A stretch of 64,000 bases of DNA from Rhabdochlamydiaceae bacterium. GTDB taxonomy: Bacteria > Chlamydiota > Chlamydiia > Chlamydiales > Rhabdochlamydiaceae. Positions 1-11,116 of the stretch are shown piece after piece. The notes under the pieces were generated by a model. The model was not told the DNA's origin and ran no database searches. It saw nothing but the letters and a program-made list of their open reading frames with translations. The DNA lies in assembly GCA_047459655.1 (NCBI GenBank), contig JAJREF010000003.1:1-64000 (forward strand), written 5' to 3'. Positions within the stretch are counted from its first letter, which is position 1. The number at the start of each line of letters is the position of its first letter. A program made the translations under genes and the position numbers.

Positions 1-2688
1 GTCCCTCTAATGATCAGTTAAGAGAAGCTTTTCTTAATACTCTCAAATCAAAGTGGGCTTCACACCTCACAGAGAAATTTTATAATATTCCCAATAGAGC
101 AGGTCTTTTATGTTCGTATGCGCGTAATTACCAACAGCTTTATGCTGCAATTGAAAAGCTTACAGAGCCAGGTCCTACAGATCAATCTATTCAAGTGAAA
201 ATTGTTAGTAATATCTTTTTCGATGGAATAACAGATACATGCCATCGTTATTTGAATAATAAGGAAATTATAAACAAAATTCTGAACTCAGATGGCAACA
301 TAAAACAACAGCACCCAGGTAGCGCGCACTCTGTAGCTTCCGCAGAAGGCCTTTACTTTAAACAAAAGCCTACCCACCCTTTAATGGAGTTTGCCATCCA
401 TAATCTCTTCTCCCGTTTAGCAGGATCTCTCACACCACCCTCTGAGCTTGTCCGCTTTGACATACAACTCCCAGGGAAAACGCTCTCTTACCCCGTTCTT
501 ATCTCACAAGGAATCCCCGGCCCTACCCTGAAAGCCCTAGAGGCCTCCCCCTCCCTTCAAACACTTGATATCACCCGCCTCACATGGTTTCTTTTAGGCT
601 CACTCCTAACAAGACCTGGCGATGGCAGATTATCTAATTACGTCGTCAAAGATAATCTCCTTTTCTGTATCGATAATGATCTCTCTTTTGTTGAGCCAGT
701 AACTCAGTACCGCTTTTCTAAAGAGATCAACTTTTGTTCTGCTCTCTTTTGTTTACCCGAACAACCTCTGAGCTCTGAAGTATTTAATCAGTTTATTCAT
801 CTAGATAGAACAGCCCTACTCGATGGATGGATCGAAGATGTCATTGCAAGAGAAAAGCAGTATATCTCCTTATTCACCCCAGAAGAGACAGAGCGTCTCT
901 GGTCAGAAGACCCCAACAATCGCTTCATCCCTACCATTTTATTCAAAGAAGGGACCCTTGTTACCCTCGATGTGCAGTTTGGCCAACTCCAAGCTTATCT
1001 TCGAGAGCAGCTCGAGCGTGGAGTGCCTATCACACTAAAAGATCTACTCAAGCAGCTCATCAACTTACAAGACACTGTCCAAGGCTCTGCTAGGACCTAT
1101 CGTTGCCAAAGCCTACAGCCAACCCGCAGATACTTTAGGAAAAAGATTAGCAAAAGCCGTTGGAAGACACCAAGAGGCGTCCCTAACCTCGGCTCAGTTC
1201 CTAGAAAAGACTTTTAAAAAAATCCCCTCCACCGAAGAAGTTCATAAGAAAAAAGTTTTTTCTCCTGAAAAAGCCCGAGAAGAGCTCCTGCACTCTCTTT
1301 TTCAACATCCTGAGATGAGAGTTATGCAAGATAGAGAGAATAATCTATCCTTAATAGGAGACTTTACCTGTATGGCAGCTCATGGAGGGCCCGATACAGT
1401 ACGCCAAACTTTTGTTCTTAAAGCTCTTCAGTTTTTGGCTAAACAAAAACAACACACTACCATTGTGCTTAGATCTTGCGCTGTGCTTAAATTAGCCACC
1501 CTAATGCCCTTCTTACAAGATACACTCGAGCACCTAGACATCAGTTATAGCTCAAATATCAATTCTTCCGACATCTCTGAAATACAAAAAAGATGCCCTC
1601 GCCTCAAAAGACTTCATCTTGAAGGTTGTGGTCAATTAAGAAATATTCGATATGGGTTTTTTGGGGGCTTTCTATCTTTCGAGCATCTCGAAGAGCTGTC
1701 TGTAAAAAATTGTGCTAATTTAACTAGCTTGGAGATCAAAGCCCCCCGACTAAAATATCTCTATGCTCAAAATACAACAAGCCTCTCAAGCGTTGTATTA
1801 GATGTGGAAAGCTTTCCCCTTATTGATCTTAAGAAATCTTTATGTGTCGATCTTAAAATCAATCCTTTAGAAAATCTCTGTAGAGAAACCTTAAGCTTTG
1901 AAAACGCTTACCATTTTTACATGTATCAACTAACGCAGCTTGAGTTGGGCTTTCCATTTAACAAAGAACAGGTCGGTACAACATTAGATCGTTTCAAAGG
2001 AATTTGTGAGTACTTAAGATCACTCGCACATTCGATGAGATATCCCGAACACGTCTTAGAAAAAATTGAGCGTTTATATTTTGGTAGAAATAAATGGCAC
2101 AGATATTTTGGATTAAAAGTTACAGAGCCTCCTTTACCCCCTAACATTAGAGAAATTCTTAAGAGTCCTTGTCCTTTTTGGCCAGATAAGATAGTAGCAG
2201 AGACACACTTTTTAACCTTGATTCCTGAAGATATGACCCTCGAACGACTAGAGAGCCTGACTCAAAATTCCCAACAGGGGAATAAGATAGGATTTATTTA
2301 CAAAGATGGGGGAGTTTGGAGACAGCACAGCCAAACCCCTTCTGGAAAAGCGCACTGGGTTCTCATGACAAACGACGTTATTCCAGGCAGCCGAAGTAAA
2401 CGCTGGGAAGATCAACAAACCTTAGCTGCCACATTCAGAGGACAAGGGTATGAGCTTCCCTCAGTAATCGATGTCGCCACCTGTATTCTTTTAGAGTATG
2501 TAGAGACAGGACACAGATTTTACTCAAACACTCCGTTTACCTATACCCAATGTGTGGAACAAGTTAGAGTCGAATCTTCTAAATGGCCTTTAATCATTGG
2601 AGGCTTTGCCTCTGGCGGTTTGCTTGTCGACTACAGCAAGGCCGGTGTCTACGACTACCTCGGTGTGGGAGTTGCTAGGAAGTTGTAG
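1..2688 (+). CDS. 3' part of giant modular effector-like protein (PI3/4-kinase/HipA-like domain, LRRs, C-terminal lectin-like domain); 5'-truncated by window, frameshift near 1085
   Basis: Frame open from window start into ORF 195..1217 (YFKQKP..E, RPGDGRLSNY, FCIDND kinase-like motifs); shifted frame LLGPIVAKAY..FSPEKAREELL runs into ORF 1315..2688 (LEHLDIS, LKRLHLEGC LRRs; EPPLP..SPCPFW..ETHFL..HWVLMT..GVGVARK domain); colinear with paralog 13.4-16.1 kb. Confidence 0.8.
2626..2684 (+). other. Candidate DGR variable region (VR)
   Basis: 10 of 12 consecutive codons at 2626-2661 end in C (gtc gac tac agc aag gcc ggt gtc tac gac tac ctc) at the end of a lectin-like domain in an otherwise A/T-ending gene. 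Confidence 0.45.
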
Positions 2689-3061
2689 CAGCCGACAAGG
2701 TTGTGACTCTAGGAAGGTGAAAATCCTTCTATCTTCAATTGACCGGTTTGGACGACTAGCATATCCGATGCGTGGGAAGGTAACAACTCACGTTCTGCTC
2801 GGACGTAAACGCCACAGCCGCTCAAAGGCAAGAAAGCCTAAAAGAGTGGGGACAACCAGTGTGGCAAGCAAAAGTGGGGGCCCTAACAGAAGAGAATATC
2901 TACGGTCCCGAAATGGCGACCTCTTAAAGTTGTTTAGGAGGAATAATTGTGGTTAACCCCACCCATCAACTTCCTGGGGAAGGGCAACGATCTAAGATAA
3001 GAAATGGTTAAAGGCAACTTAGAAACCACCGGGATAGGGGATAGAGCACCTGCTGAAAGAG

Positions 3062-4548
3062 CTTGTCACTACCCACAAATACCAAGAAAAAAATTTAATA
3101 AAAATGACAAGTAAATAGTTTATTATATACATCGAATATTGTATAATTTTTCTCCTAAACAATAGGAGATCAATATGTTAAATCATCAAAACTGGGTTTT
3201 AAAACAATGGCCTTCATATCTGTTTTTTGATCAAAGGCATCAAAAAAGAGTGCTCAACATCGCGTTAGCGATGTTGAGACTTCCTTCAGCTTCTATTCCG
3301 AAGCGATTTGAGGTTCAAAAAGAAATCAAAGGTTGTTATCGTTTTCTCAATAACAAGGCAGTCAATCATCAAATGTTACAAGGCGAACACTACAAAAATG
3401 TCCTTGCAGAAGCAGCTTCAGCACCGGGAAGAGTTCTTTTTATCCAGGATGGAAGTGAGCTAATTTATAATAATCTCAAGTGGACAGAGCTAGGACCTAC
3501 CGCTGATGCAAACGGTAATGGGATTATGTTCCATACCTGCCTTGCTGTTAAAATTGTTGACAATCAACCTCAAGTCATTGGACTTACCGGGCAAAAAGCT
3601 TGGATTAGAAGGCACAAAAAAGAAAAAGCCAATCGTAAGGCGCAAGAAGCACGTGAATCTAAAGTATGGAAAGAAATGATAGACCTCATAGGCTCCGTGC
3701 CTATGAATTGCAAATGGACAACTGTGGGAGATCGGGGAGCTGATATTTTCTCATTTGTGGAATCACTTCCTCCTGGATGGGACTTTGTTGTTCGCTCAAA
3801 ACATGACCGTAAAATTTTAGTCAATGATGAGGAACAGAACTTGAGGAAATATATTCGAGGGCTCCCTTCCATGGGCACAACAATTCATTCTCTACGAGCA
3901 AGAAAAGGCCCTTCTCGAGAAGTCACGCTGCAGATCAGCTGGCATGAGGTTGATGTGCTGCCTCCGGCAGCAGAAAAAAACAAAAAGCCTATTAGAGGCT
4001 GTTATGTGCGTGCTTGGTCTGAAGAAGATCCAGATCTGGAGTGGATTTTATTTACTCGCCCCACGATAACTTCCTTCGAAGAAGCCTTAGAAATCGTGAC
4101 GATATATAAATATCGATGGCTAATCGAAGAATATCACAAATGTTTAAAAACCGGATGCAAGATTGAAGAGGCTCAACTCAAAACCTCAGATCGCATACTG
4201 ACGCTTTTTGGCTTGCTAGGTGTTATTGCTACGCAGCTCCTGCAGCTCAAAACCCTTTCACGAATGAACCCCGATGATCTAGCTGATAAATATGTAGACA
4301 AAGACTCAATCCTTGTTTTACAGAGTATTTACAACTTGAAGATGCCCTGGACCGTAAAAGAATACTGGAGAAGAGTTGGGATGCTTGTTGGTTTTATGGG
4401 AAGAAAATCAGATGGAGGTCCTGGGTGGCAAAAAATCTGGGAAGGCTGGGTTAAGCTGCGAGATCTATGTCGAGGAGTTGAGATCGGAAGGAAGTTAGGT
4501 GCAGTATGTGTTTAAAAAATTTGCTTGGAAGTTGTGGGTAACGACAAG
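3062..4548 (+). mobile_element. IS4-family insertion sequence, complete
   Basis: TIR cttgtcactacccacaa / ttgtgggtaacgacaag (15/17); perfect 10-bp TSD gctgaaagag at 3052-3061 and 4549-4558. Confidence 0.95.
3175..4515 (+). CDS. IS4-family (Tn5/IS50-like) transposase
   Basis: IQDGSEL, VGDRGADI, YKYRWLIEEYHKCLKTGC (YREK motif), GFMGRKSDGGPGW. Confidence 0.95.
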   Translation: MLNHQNWVLKQWPSYLFFDQRHQKRVLNIALAMLRLPSASIPKRFEVQKEIKGCYRFLNNKAVNHQMLQGEHYKNVLAEAASAPGRVLFIQDGSELIYNNLKWTELGPTADANGNGIMFHTCLAVKIVDNQPQVIGLTGQKAWIRRHKKEKANRKAQEARESKVWKEMIDLIGSVPMNCKWTTVGDRGADIFSFVESLPPGWDFVVRSKHDRKILVNDEEQNLRKYIRGLPSMGTTIHSLRARKGPSREVTLQISWHEVDVLPPAAEKNKKPIRGCYVRAWSEEDPDLEWILFTRPTITSFEEALEIVTIYKYRWLIEEYHKCLKTGCKIEEAQLKTSDRILTLFGLLGVIATQLLQLKTLSRMNPDDLADKYVDKDSILVLQSIYNLKMPWTVKEYWRRVGMLVGFMGRKSDGGPGWQKIWEGWVKLRDLCRGVEIGRKLGAVCV

Positions 4549-5250
4549 GCTGAAAGAGACACAGAGATAACGTCGGGAAGGTCCAACTCCCAGCAGGGAT
4601 TAGCAACAACCTGCAAAGGCCTCTTGTAATAGCCACAAACGAAGACAAGAGGAGGAATTTGGACTGGCGCATGAGTTAGTCCTGACTTTGACACTTTGCA
4701 CACTAAGGCTTTGAAGATAAGGCTGTTAACGACAAAAATTTAGGCACAACCGACGGGCTTTAGAACTGAACCTCGGGTTGCTGTTAATCCTAAAACATTG
4801 CATATCACTTTTGCATCTTCTAAGACCTCTGCACATTCGAATGAGTCAATAAAATGAGGTCGTTTATAAAAAATTTCATTCGAATTTAGCGACTAGCACT
4901 ATTTAGTTTTTCAATAATTTATCTTATTACACCAGCTGTTCCCTCTTTGGAGCATAAAAATCGATCTTTTTAACTACTTTTAGTAGGTTAAAGCAAATCG
5001 CTTTCCTTATTGCTTCACCTGTCACTTTATATATAGAACAGTATCTCGATCTGCTAAATTTTAACATCCGTTTCAAGGTGTCAAAAGCCTGTTTAACGAT
5101 ATATCTTTTTCGAAATCAGCTTATTCTTAATTTTCTCCATCCTTTTTAACTCATGTCCTATTGAGCCCTTTTCCATTATTCCATCTTTTACTCCTTGTTT
5201 TTTGAGTAATTCTCTGTTGGCTTTTGAGGCATATCCTTTGTCTGCATAAA

Positions 5251-6476
5251 GGGCCTGTTTAGAAAAAGCCTGATTTAAAAATTGTTCAAAACAAATTTTT
5301 TACAAAAACACTAAAAGCAAAAGTTTTTCACCTTATGACATCAGATGAACGTTGCAGTTTGTCTTTTTTCCAAATTTTGCCAATTTTTGGCGAAATCTGG
5401 GCAGCACGGAGCCCTACGATCTCTGCTGAATAACCAGATCGTGCAAAGAAATCAGCCTTTTAAAATTAAATACCAAGGCTTGCATAAATCCTTGAAACTG
5501 ATTCTTACAAATGCCTCTATAACGAGCTCTTTTACTCTGCTTGGAAAATACTCTTCAAAAGGCATACTTTTTTAGAAATTTTGCTATCTCTTATAAAATC
5601 TTTCCCCCTCATATTGTTTTTTAAAATGGCTCGATTTTCGCATCCATTGGTTTTCATTGTTTTCTGGGCTGTTTGATCGCAGTACCCTTTGTCTGCATAA
5701 ACAACTCCCTGTTTTGGACAAACATGTTTTAATGCTTGGCTGTCTGTTATGTTAGCTGGGGTTATTGCTACTTTAGAAATAAACCCAAATTTCATGCATA
5801 CGGCCACGTTTCTTTTATAGCCATACCAATATTTTTCATTTCCCTTGCATCCAATCCGAGCCTGTGGATCTACTGCTACTTTTGCTGCTGTGTTATTGTT
5901 AAATTTTTCTAAACCGGCTTCTATAGCTTTATCTCTATCTTTCCATAGACTTATCTTGGAAATCATGTGTGATCCATCTACAAAATGAAAAATATCAGAA
6001 ATAAAACCCTTTGATCTCAGTTGCTTATCGACTGCTTCAAAAAGATCAGCTAGTCGTTTTGTTCCAATTTTATCTCTTAGCACAGAGAAATAGCTATGAT
6101 CAGGGGTCTTTTCTAAAAGAGAAAATCCACAAAAAAGTTTTCCCGCATTATTCTCCTGTAAAAACCGCTCTAACTCTCTATCGCTTAAGTCCTCCATCCA
6201 TTGCAGAACAAGGGCTGCAAATCCCGATTCAATATGATAACCCTTTCTTCCCAACGTCTCATGAAACAAATTCCTAAGAGGCTTGCAAAGCTCTTTAAAA
6301 TCTATAGCTGCTAAAAGTTTTCTGTAGGGATGATTGGGGAGAACCAGCTCTTCAATGTGAGTCTCAAACATATCTTGCACCTTATTTTTAATGATTTTGA
6401 ACATGCGCAAGATTTTAAACAAATAATCTTAACATCGAAACTTTTTTCTGAATTCTTCTACTTTTTCAACAGGCCC
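5251..6476 (-). mobile_element. IS5-family element (GGGCCTGTT termini)
   Basis: gggcctgtt..aacaggccc TIR; 5-bp TSD ataaa (5246-5250, 6477-6481); ends repeated at 37012-38152. Confidence 0.9.
5414..6422 (-). CDS. IS5-family transposase, frameshifted near the C-terminus
   Basis: LSDRELE, TPDHSYFS, WYGYK, VYADKGY; C-terminus (SKRARYRG..FNFKRL) continues in another frame to 5414. Confidence 0.88.
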
Positions 6477-6643
6477 ATAAAGTCTTTTTCCCTCATGAGT
6501 TTTCAGCCCTTGTAAAAATGTGGGAAAATAACCAACTTCACTCTGATTTGCTGATGTAACAGCAACATGTTCTATAAAAGCTTCTTCCTCAGCTGTAGAA
6601 ATAAACATTTTATACCCAAAATAACTTTTATTCTCTTTCTTAA

Positions 6644-7825
6644 GGAACCTCTGGGAAATTCCTGTTTAAACTGATTTTCAAATTTGGTATTGTTTCCTGA
6701 ACAAATATTTGAGGGACCTATGAGCCAACTAAGCTTTGCATCTTTCAGATTGGGAACAAAACAACTTAAATCAGAACGATTCCTCGATGAAATGGAACGT
6801 ATTATTCCTTGGGATCTCCTCCTTGAAAAGATACGTCCCCACTAGAAGGCGCAGGCCGAAAACCCTACGATCTTAAACTCATGCTAAAAATCCACTGCTT
6901 ACAGCAGTGGTATCAACTGAGCGACCCTGGGATGGAAGAAGCCATTTACGATAGAGTCTCATTCCAGAGATTTTTGCGCCTTGATAGCTTCATGGAAAGA
7001 GTACCCGATGAAACAACCATTTTGAGTTTCCGGCATCTTTTGGAGGAGCATCACCTTGGGAGAGAAATCTTCGAAGCAGTCAATCAAAAACTTATAGAAA
7101 AAGGCTTGTTGCTGAAAGAAGGAACAATAGCCGATGCAACGTTAGTTGCATCTCCCTCTAGCACAAAAAATGAAGCAAGAAAACGAGATCCAGAAATGGG
7201 CTCTACACGAAAAAATAATCAGTGGACATTTGGTATGAAAATCCATGTAGGAGCAGATATGCATAGTGGGCTTTATCATAGCTGTGAAGTAACAGCAGCC
7301 AACATCTCCGATCGAAGTTGTCTTGCAAATGTGTTACATGGGAACGAAAAAGCTGTTTTTGGGGATAAGGGATACTGGAGTGACGAAGACAAACATTCCG
7401 CTCGAGATGCACGTATTTTTTGGGGTGTACTAGACAAGAAGAAGCCAACAAAAGGAGATCTATCTAGGAGACAAAAAAGAAGAAATCAAAGGTTGGCATC
7501 CATCCGAGCCAAAGTAGAACATGGGTTCCGTATTATAAAAGAACTCTGGGGCTTTAGAAAAGTTCGGTATAGGGGGTTAGAGAAAAACGAGAACAAAACC
7601 TGTTTTATGATAGATCTTGCCAACCTATACATGGCAAGGAAGAAACTAATAGGAGTTGGAATAGGATAGGGAACGATCCCTCCTGCCCTCAAGTTGGTAA
7701 AAAGTACCAAATTGAGGAAGAAAAAGGAAAAGAAGATGTAAATGGTGTTATAAAAAATTAGAAAACTAAAAAATCAGTTTGGAAAATGGTCAACAACAGA
7801 AGATTGACACTTGTCCAGAGGTTCC
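6644..7825 (+). mobile_element. IS5-family element (GGAACCTCTG termini)
   Basis: ggaacctctgg..ccagaggttcc TIR; left flank TTAA, right flank ttta (TSD imperfect). Confidence 0.9.
6720..7669 (+). pseudogene. IS5 transposase with frameshift/stop near 6843
   Basis: MSQLSFAS..FLDEMERIIPW..RPH-stop, then out-of-frame GRKPYDL-MLKIHCLQQWYQLSD..VPDETT..GDKGY..RAKVEH. Confidence 0.9.
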
Positions 7826-7969
7826 TTTAGGAGCTTGATCTTTTGAATGCTTGGGAAGGCATAAATAGAAAAATTGAAGGGGTTATAAAAGAGCTATGTC
7901 CTTTGATCTTTTTGTGGCCAAAGGCCTTTTGTTCTAAGGCTTCTTATCCGAATTAGAGAGAAGCCTTTT

Positions 7970-8133
7970 TGAGACCTCTTCACAACTCTGGTAAATCACT
8001 CAAATCGTGCTTTTTCTGCAGATGTTTATTTTCACATCTCGCCTACTCTCTAGATTATGTCTTCGATGTAAAAACAAAAATCCGCAAAAAAATTTCGATT
8101 TTTTCGTTTTACCAGAGTTGTGCAGAGGTCTCA
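7970..8133. repeat. 164-bp palindromic MITE (AGACCTCT family)
   Basis: tgagacctcttcacaactctggtaaa ... tttaccagagttgtgcagaggtctca inverted ends. Confidence 0.8.
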
Positions 8134-8183
8134 TTTATGCAACGGCCTCAAACTGTAAAAAAACATGTCAAAGCAAAAAAACA

Positions 8184-9649
8184 TGTCAACGCAAAATAGA
8201 AATGTCCGCTTTTCTCCAATTTAGAAATGTCCTCTTTGGATGTTCTGATCTTCATTGGACTTGTCCGTTTTTTATCTAAAATACCCATTTTCAAAAGCTC
8301 TTCTCTTATCTCCAAGGGTGACTCCTTGAAGGTTTTTGAGGTTTTTTGTTTATCCAATTAAGTGCTAAATCTATTTCTTTGGACATCACAATTTTCCCTT
8401 GCGGTTCTTCCCCATATATCTTGTATTTTAACTCCTTGCCCTTATACAGCACTCTTACCCGTCCATTGAGATCTTCTAGAAGCATGACTTTTGCTTTCCT
8501 TAGAGTGTATGATGATCTTTCACTATCGATCTGATAAAGACTGTTTTTGTATTGGAAGCTTAAGTTTTTAGAGAGACATCGGATTTCCTGGTAACTGAAA
8601 ATCTCTTCTAAGTTCTCTTCTGGTTTTAAAGCTCGATGAGCATCTTCTGCGTTTCTAGGAGCTACGGCAAATTTTTTGTTATACTTCTCTATGAACTCGG
8701 GAATCCATTCATTTGCCTTTTCAATAGTTGAAATATTTTTTTCTCTCATCTCCTTGACTAAACGATCTTGCAATGTTTGATTGGCTTTTTCAACTCTTCC
8801 TTTTGCCTGGGGTGTATTGGCACAAATGAGCTTGATATCGAGTTTTTTTAGGACTCTTCCAAACTCTGTCACTCCATTACCAGATACAGCTTCTTTGTGG
8901 TTGACTCTAAAAACTCCATATTTATCGCTGTAGAAAGCAAGTGGTTTTCCACATCTCTTTAGATACCTTTTTGTCGCTTTAAAATAAGATTCTGTTGTTT
9001 CACCAAGAGAAAAAAACAGCTCGACAAGTCTACTAGTTGCATCATCAATGTATACTAAAAGGGTACACCTGGGTCCTCTATTTTCAAACCAGTCATGGGG
9101 AGATCCGTCTATTTGTACAAGATCTCCATACTGACTCCTTCTTGGTCTCATCGGGTGGATAACTGCCTTTTTAGCTTTTTTAGGAGACCAAATATTTTCT
9201 TCTATCATCCATTTCCTAAGCGTCTCTATAGACAATGTAAGCTTATGTTTTTCTTCTAACTTTTCTTGAGCTAACGTAGGGCCATAATCTGCATAATGAG
9301 CGGAAATCAGCTTTAGGACTTGTGATCTAAAAGCTTCTGTTAACCTGCGATTACTAGGCTGCCCTCTCTTTTTGGAAACTAAGCCAGCTTCTCCATGCAG
9401 TTCGTAAGCTTGTTTTAAACGTCTAACTTGTCTGGCTGTTATCCCCAGACGTTGTCCCACTTCTATCTGGGAAAAGCTTTTTCTTTTTAAATTGCGCATC
9501 ATTTCAACTCTTTCTAATTCTCTTCTGCTCATAGTTATCAACTCCTTCACTCTCACCTCCTTTCAAAAACAAATTTGAATGAGGTCAGTATCTTCAAAAG
9601 AGGACATTTCTATTTAGCAGAAAGAGGACATTATCATTTTGGGCTAACA
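8184..9649 (-). mobile_element. IS1202/ISNCY-type element
   Basis: TGT..ACA ends with repeated aatgtcc/ggacatt boxes; perfect 16-bp TSD tcaaagcaaaaaaaca (8168-8183, 9650-9665). Confidence 0.92.
8306..9556 (-). CDS. ISNCY/IS1202-type DDE transposase
   Basis: LVQIDGSPHDWFE, YIDDATS, YSDKYGVF, PQAKGRVEKANQTLQDRL, HPWR terminus. Confidence 0.95.
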   Translation of the reverse strand: MRVKELITMSRRELERVEMMRNLKRKSFSQIEVGQRLGITARQVRRLKQAYELHGEAGLVSKKRGQPSNRRLTEAFRSQVLKLISAHYADYGPTLAQEKLEEKHKLTLSIETLRKWMIEENIWSPKKAKKAVIHPMRPRRSQYGDLVQIDGSPHDWFENRGPRCTLLVYIDDATSRLVELFFSLGETTESYFKATKRYLKRCGKPLAFYSDKYGVFRVNHKEAVSGNGVTEFGRVLKKLDIKLICANTPQAKGRVEKANQTLQDRLVKEMREKNISTIEKANEWIPEFIEKYNKKFAVAPRNAEDAHRALKPEENLEEIFSYQEIRCLSKNLSFQYKNSLYQIDSERSSYTLRKAKVMLLEDLNGRVRVLYKGKELKYKIYGEEPQGKIVMSKEIDLALNWINKKPQKPSRSHPWR

Positions 9650-9739
9650 TCAAAGCAAAAAAACATTGCTTAAATTAAAAATAATTCATACTATCGTCTG
9701 AAAGTTTTTTTACCTGTATCAAAAAATAAGGAGATAGGT

Positions 9740-11051
9740 ATGGAATGCATAGATGCAAGATATAACGCTTTATCAGCTGGCTTAGAAGCTACGGAGCATG
9801 AAGAATTAAGAGATCGACATCGGTTGTATGCAATTGATTCAGTAATGAGGGAGGTTATTTCTTTGCAGGTCGAACTGTTGAGTGCCTCTTTGGAAGCGCT
9901 AGAAGAACTCCAAACAAGACCTCTGCATACACGAACTTTTTTGGTTTTTTCTGACATTCTTCAGCCCCTAGTTAACGAGATACAGGAAGGAAATCTGAAC
10001 GATTTTGGGACTCTTATGTCTGCTAGAGAATTCGTTGTAGAGGGTGGCCAATATGTCCACATCGATGAAACAAAGAGGGAAGAGTTGAAGGTTGCTTTTG
10101 CAGATACCCTAAAGAAGACGATTTTAGTTTTTCAAGAAAAAGTCTTAGGTTTTTCTTCTGAAAATTTAGATGAGATCGTTGATTGTCAAATAAACGCAGC
10201 CAAATGGAATGAAGAAAAAACAAGACTCACTGAAATCTATTATCAAATGCTTGATAATAAAACAGCACTAACGGATGAATTGGAGCGATTGGCTGCTCAG
10301 CAAAGATGGATATTAGCCATCCGCACATCGTTAGCCCGACCTTCTAAGAATCAGTGGAATGCAGCTCAAGGTGGAGATCTTTCTTATTTGCAAGCTGCTT
10401 ACCGGCAAAAATGGTTTTGGCAAAGAAAAGCATTTCTCAATGAGCTGAAAGATGGAAGAAGCTTGCTTCACTTTTCATGCTCAGGACGCCATTCACATGT
10501 TACTCGTTGGTTGCTTGATTTCGGAGCGAATCCGCGCTTAAGAGATTCGGATGGATATATGCCTCTTCATTGGGCAGCAAAGGTTGGAGATTTGGACAGC
10601 GTTCAGGCACTTGCTGGGGTAGATGCTGAATGGAAGGGGGCTATACGGCAGAACTCCTCTTCATATGGGAGCTCACAATGGGCATCACCTAGTTGTCAGA
10701 TGCCTTCTTGATAATGGGGCTGACATCAACGCTCAGACAAATAAGGAAGATGCGGAAAAAACTCCTTTGCATGATGCAGTCCTTAGAAACCGAAGTCTTG
10801 TTGTTTCTGCACTTGTCAGACATCCTCTTCTCGATCCTAACCTAAGAGACTCTTCAGGACACTCTCCATTCTATCATGCAGTTTGCGATGGTTTAGTTGA
10901 TATCGCCACTTTGATTGTAGGCCACGTAAAGTGGAAGCCTATTACTGATCCAACAGATCCTGACTATTCAGTTTTTAGGAAGACCCCTAGGGATAATGCA
11001 GATGCAATGAGAGAGTTTCTTGAAAAGCTTACAGGAACTCCACGCTCTTGA
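9740..11051 (+). CDS. Coiled-coil plus ankyrin-repeat protein, frameshift near 10635
   Basis: GRSLLH, GYMPLHWAA, GRTPLHMGA, KTPLHDAV, GHSPFYHAV ankyrin repeats across ORFs 9740..10711 and 10623..11051. Confidence 0.88.
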
Positions 11052-11116
11052 GAGGTCTTTTGTCAGAATATAAACAAAGGTGTATTTTATGACTTTTCCT
11101 GACTCTATTACTGCTT

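Larger units (their letters stand above)
2685..4702 (+). ncRNA. Unassigned structured ORF-less element, ~520 nt once the IS4 is removed (2685-3061 + 4559-4702); 5' part resembles group II intron domain I
   Basis: Many helices (GGAAGG/CCTTCT around tgaaaat; TCCGA/TCGGA enclosing GCGTGGG/CTCACGT; CCTCTTAAA/TTTAGGAGG; GCAGG/CCTGC; CCTCTTGT/ACAAGAGG; GGACTGGC/GTTAGTCC); imperfect terminal complementarity; no D5 motif. Confidence 0.6.
4822..6643 (-). pseudogene. Old IS5-family remnant interrupted by a younger IS5 and truncated by another
   Basis: Minus strand reads KSYFGYK..VTSANQSE..RLY (6640-6477) and resumes YADKGYASKANRELL..AICFNLLK (5249-4980); end sequence aagacctctgcaca at 4822. Confidence 0.75.

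Noticed and set aside
2685..4702. RNase P RNA, tmRNA, canonical group I or group II intron
   Set aside because: No GAGGAAAGUCC, no tRNA-like ends, no domain 5/6; GACUA/UAGUC spacing does not fit a group I core
5345..5575. Duplicated small ORF (also 37106..37306)
   Set aside because: Antisense frame within the IS5 end
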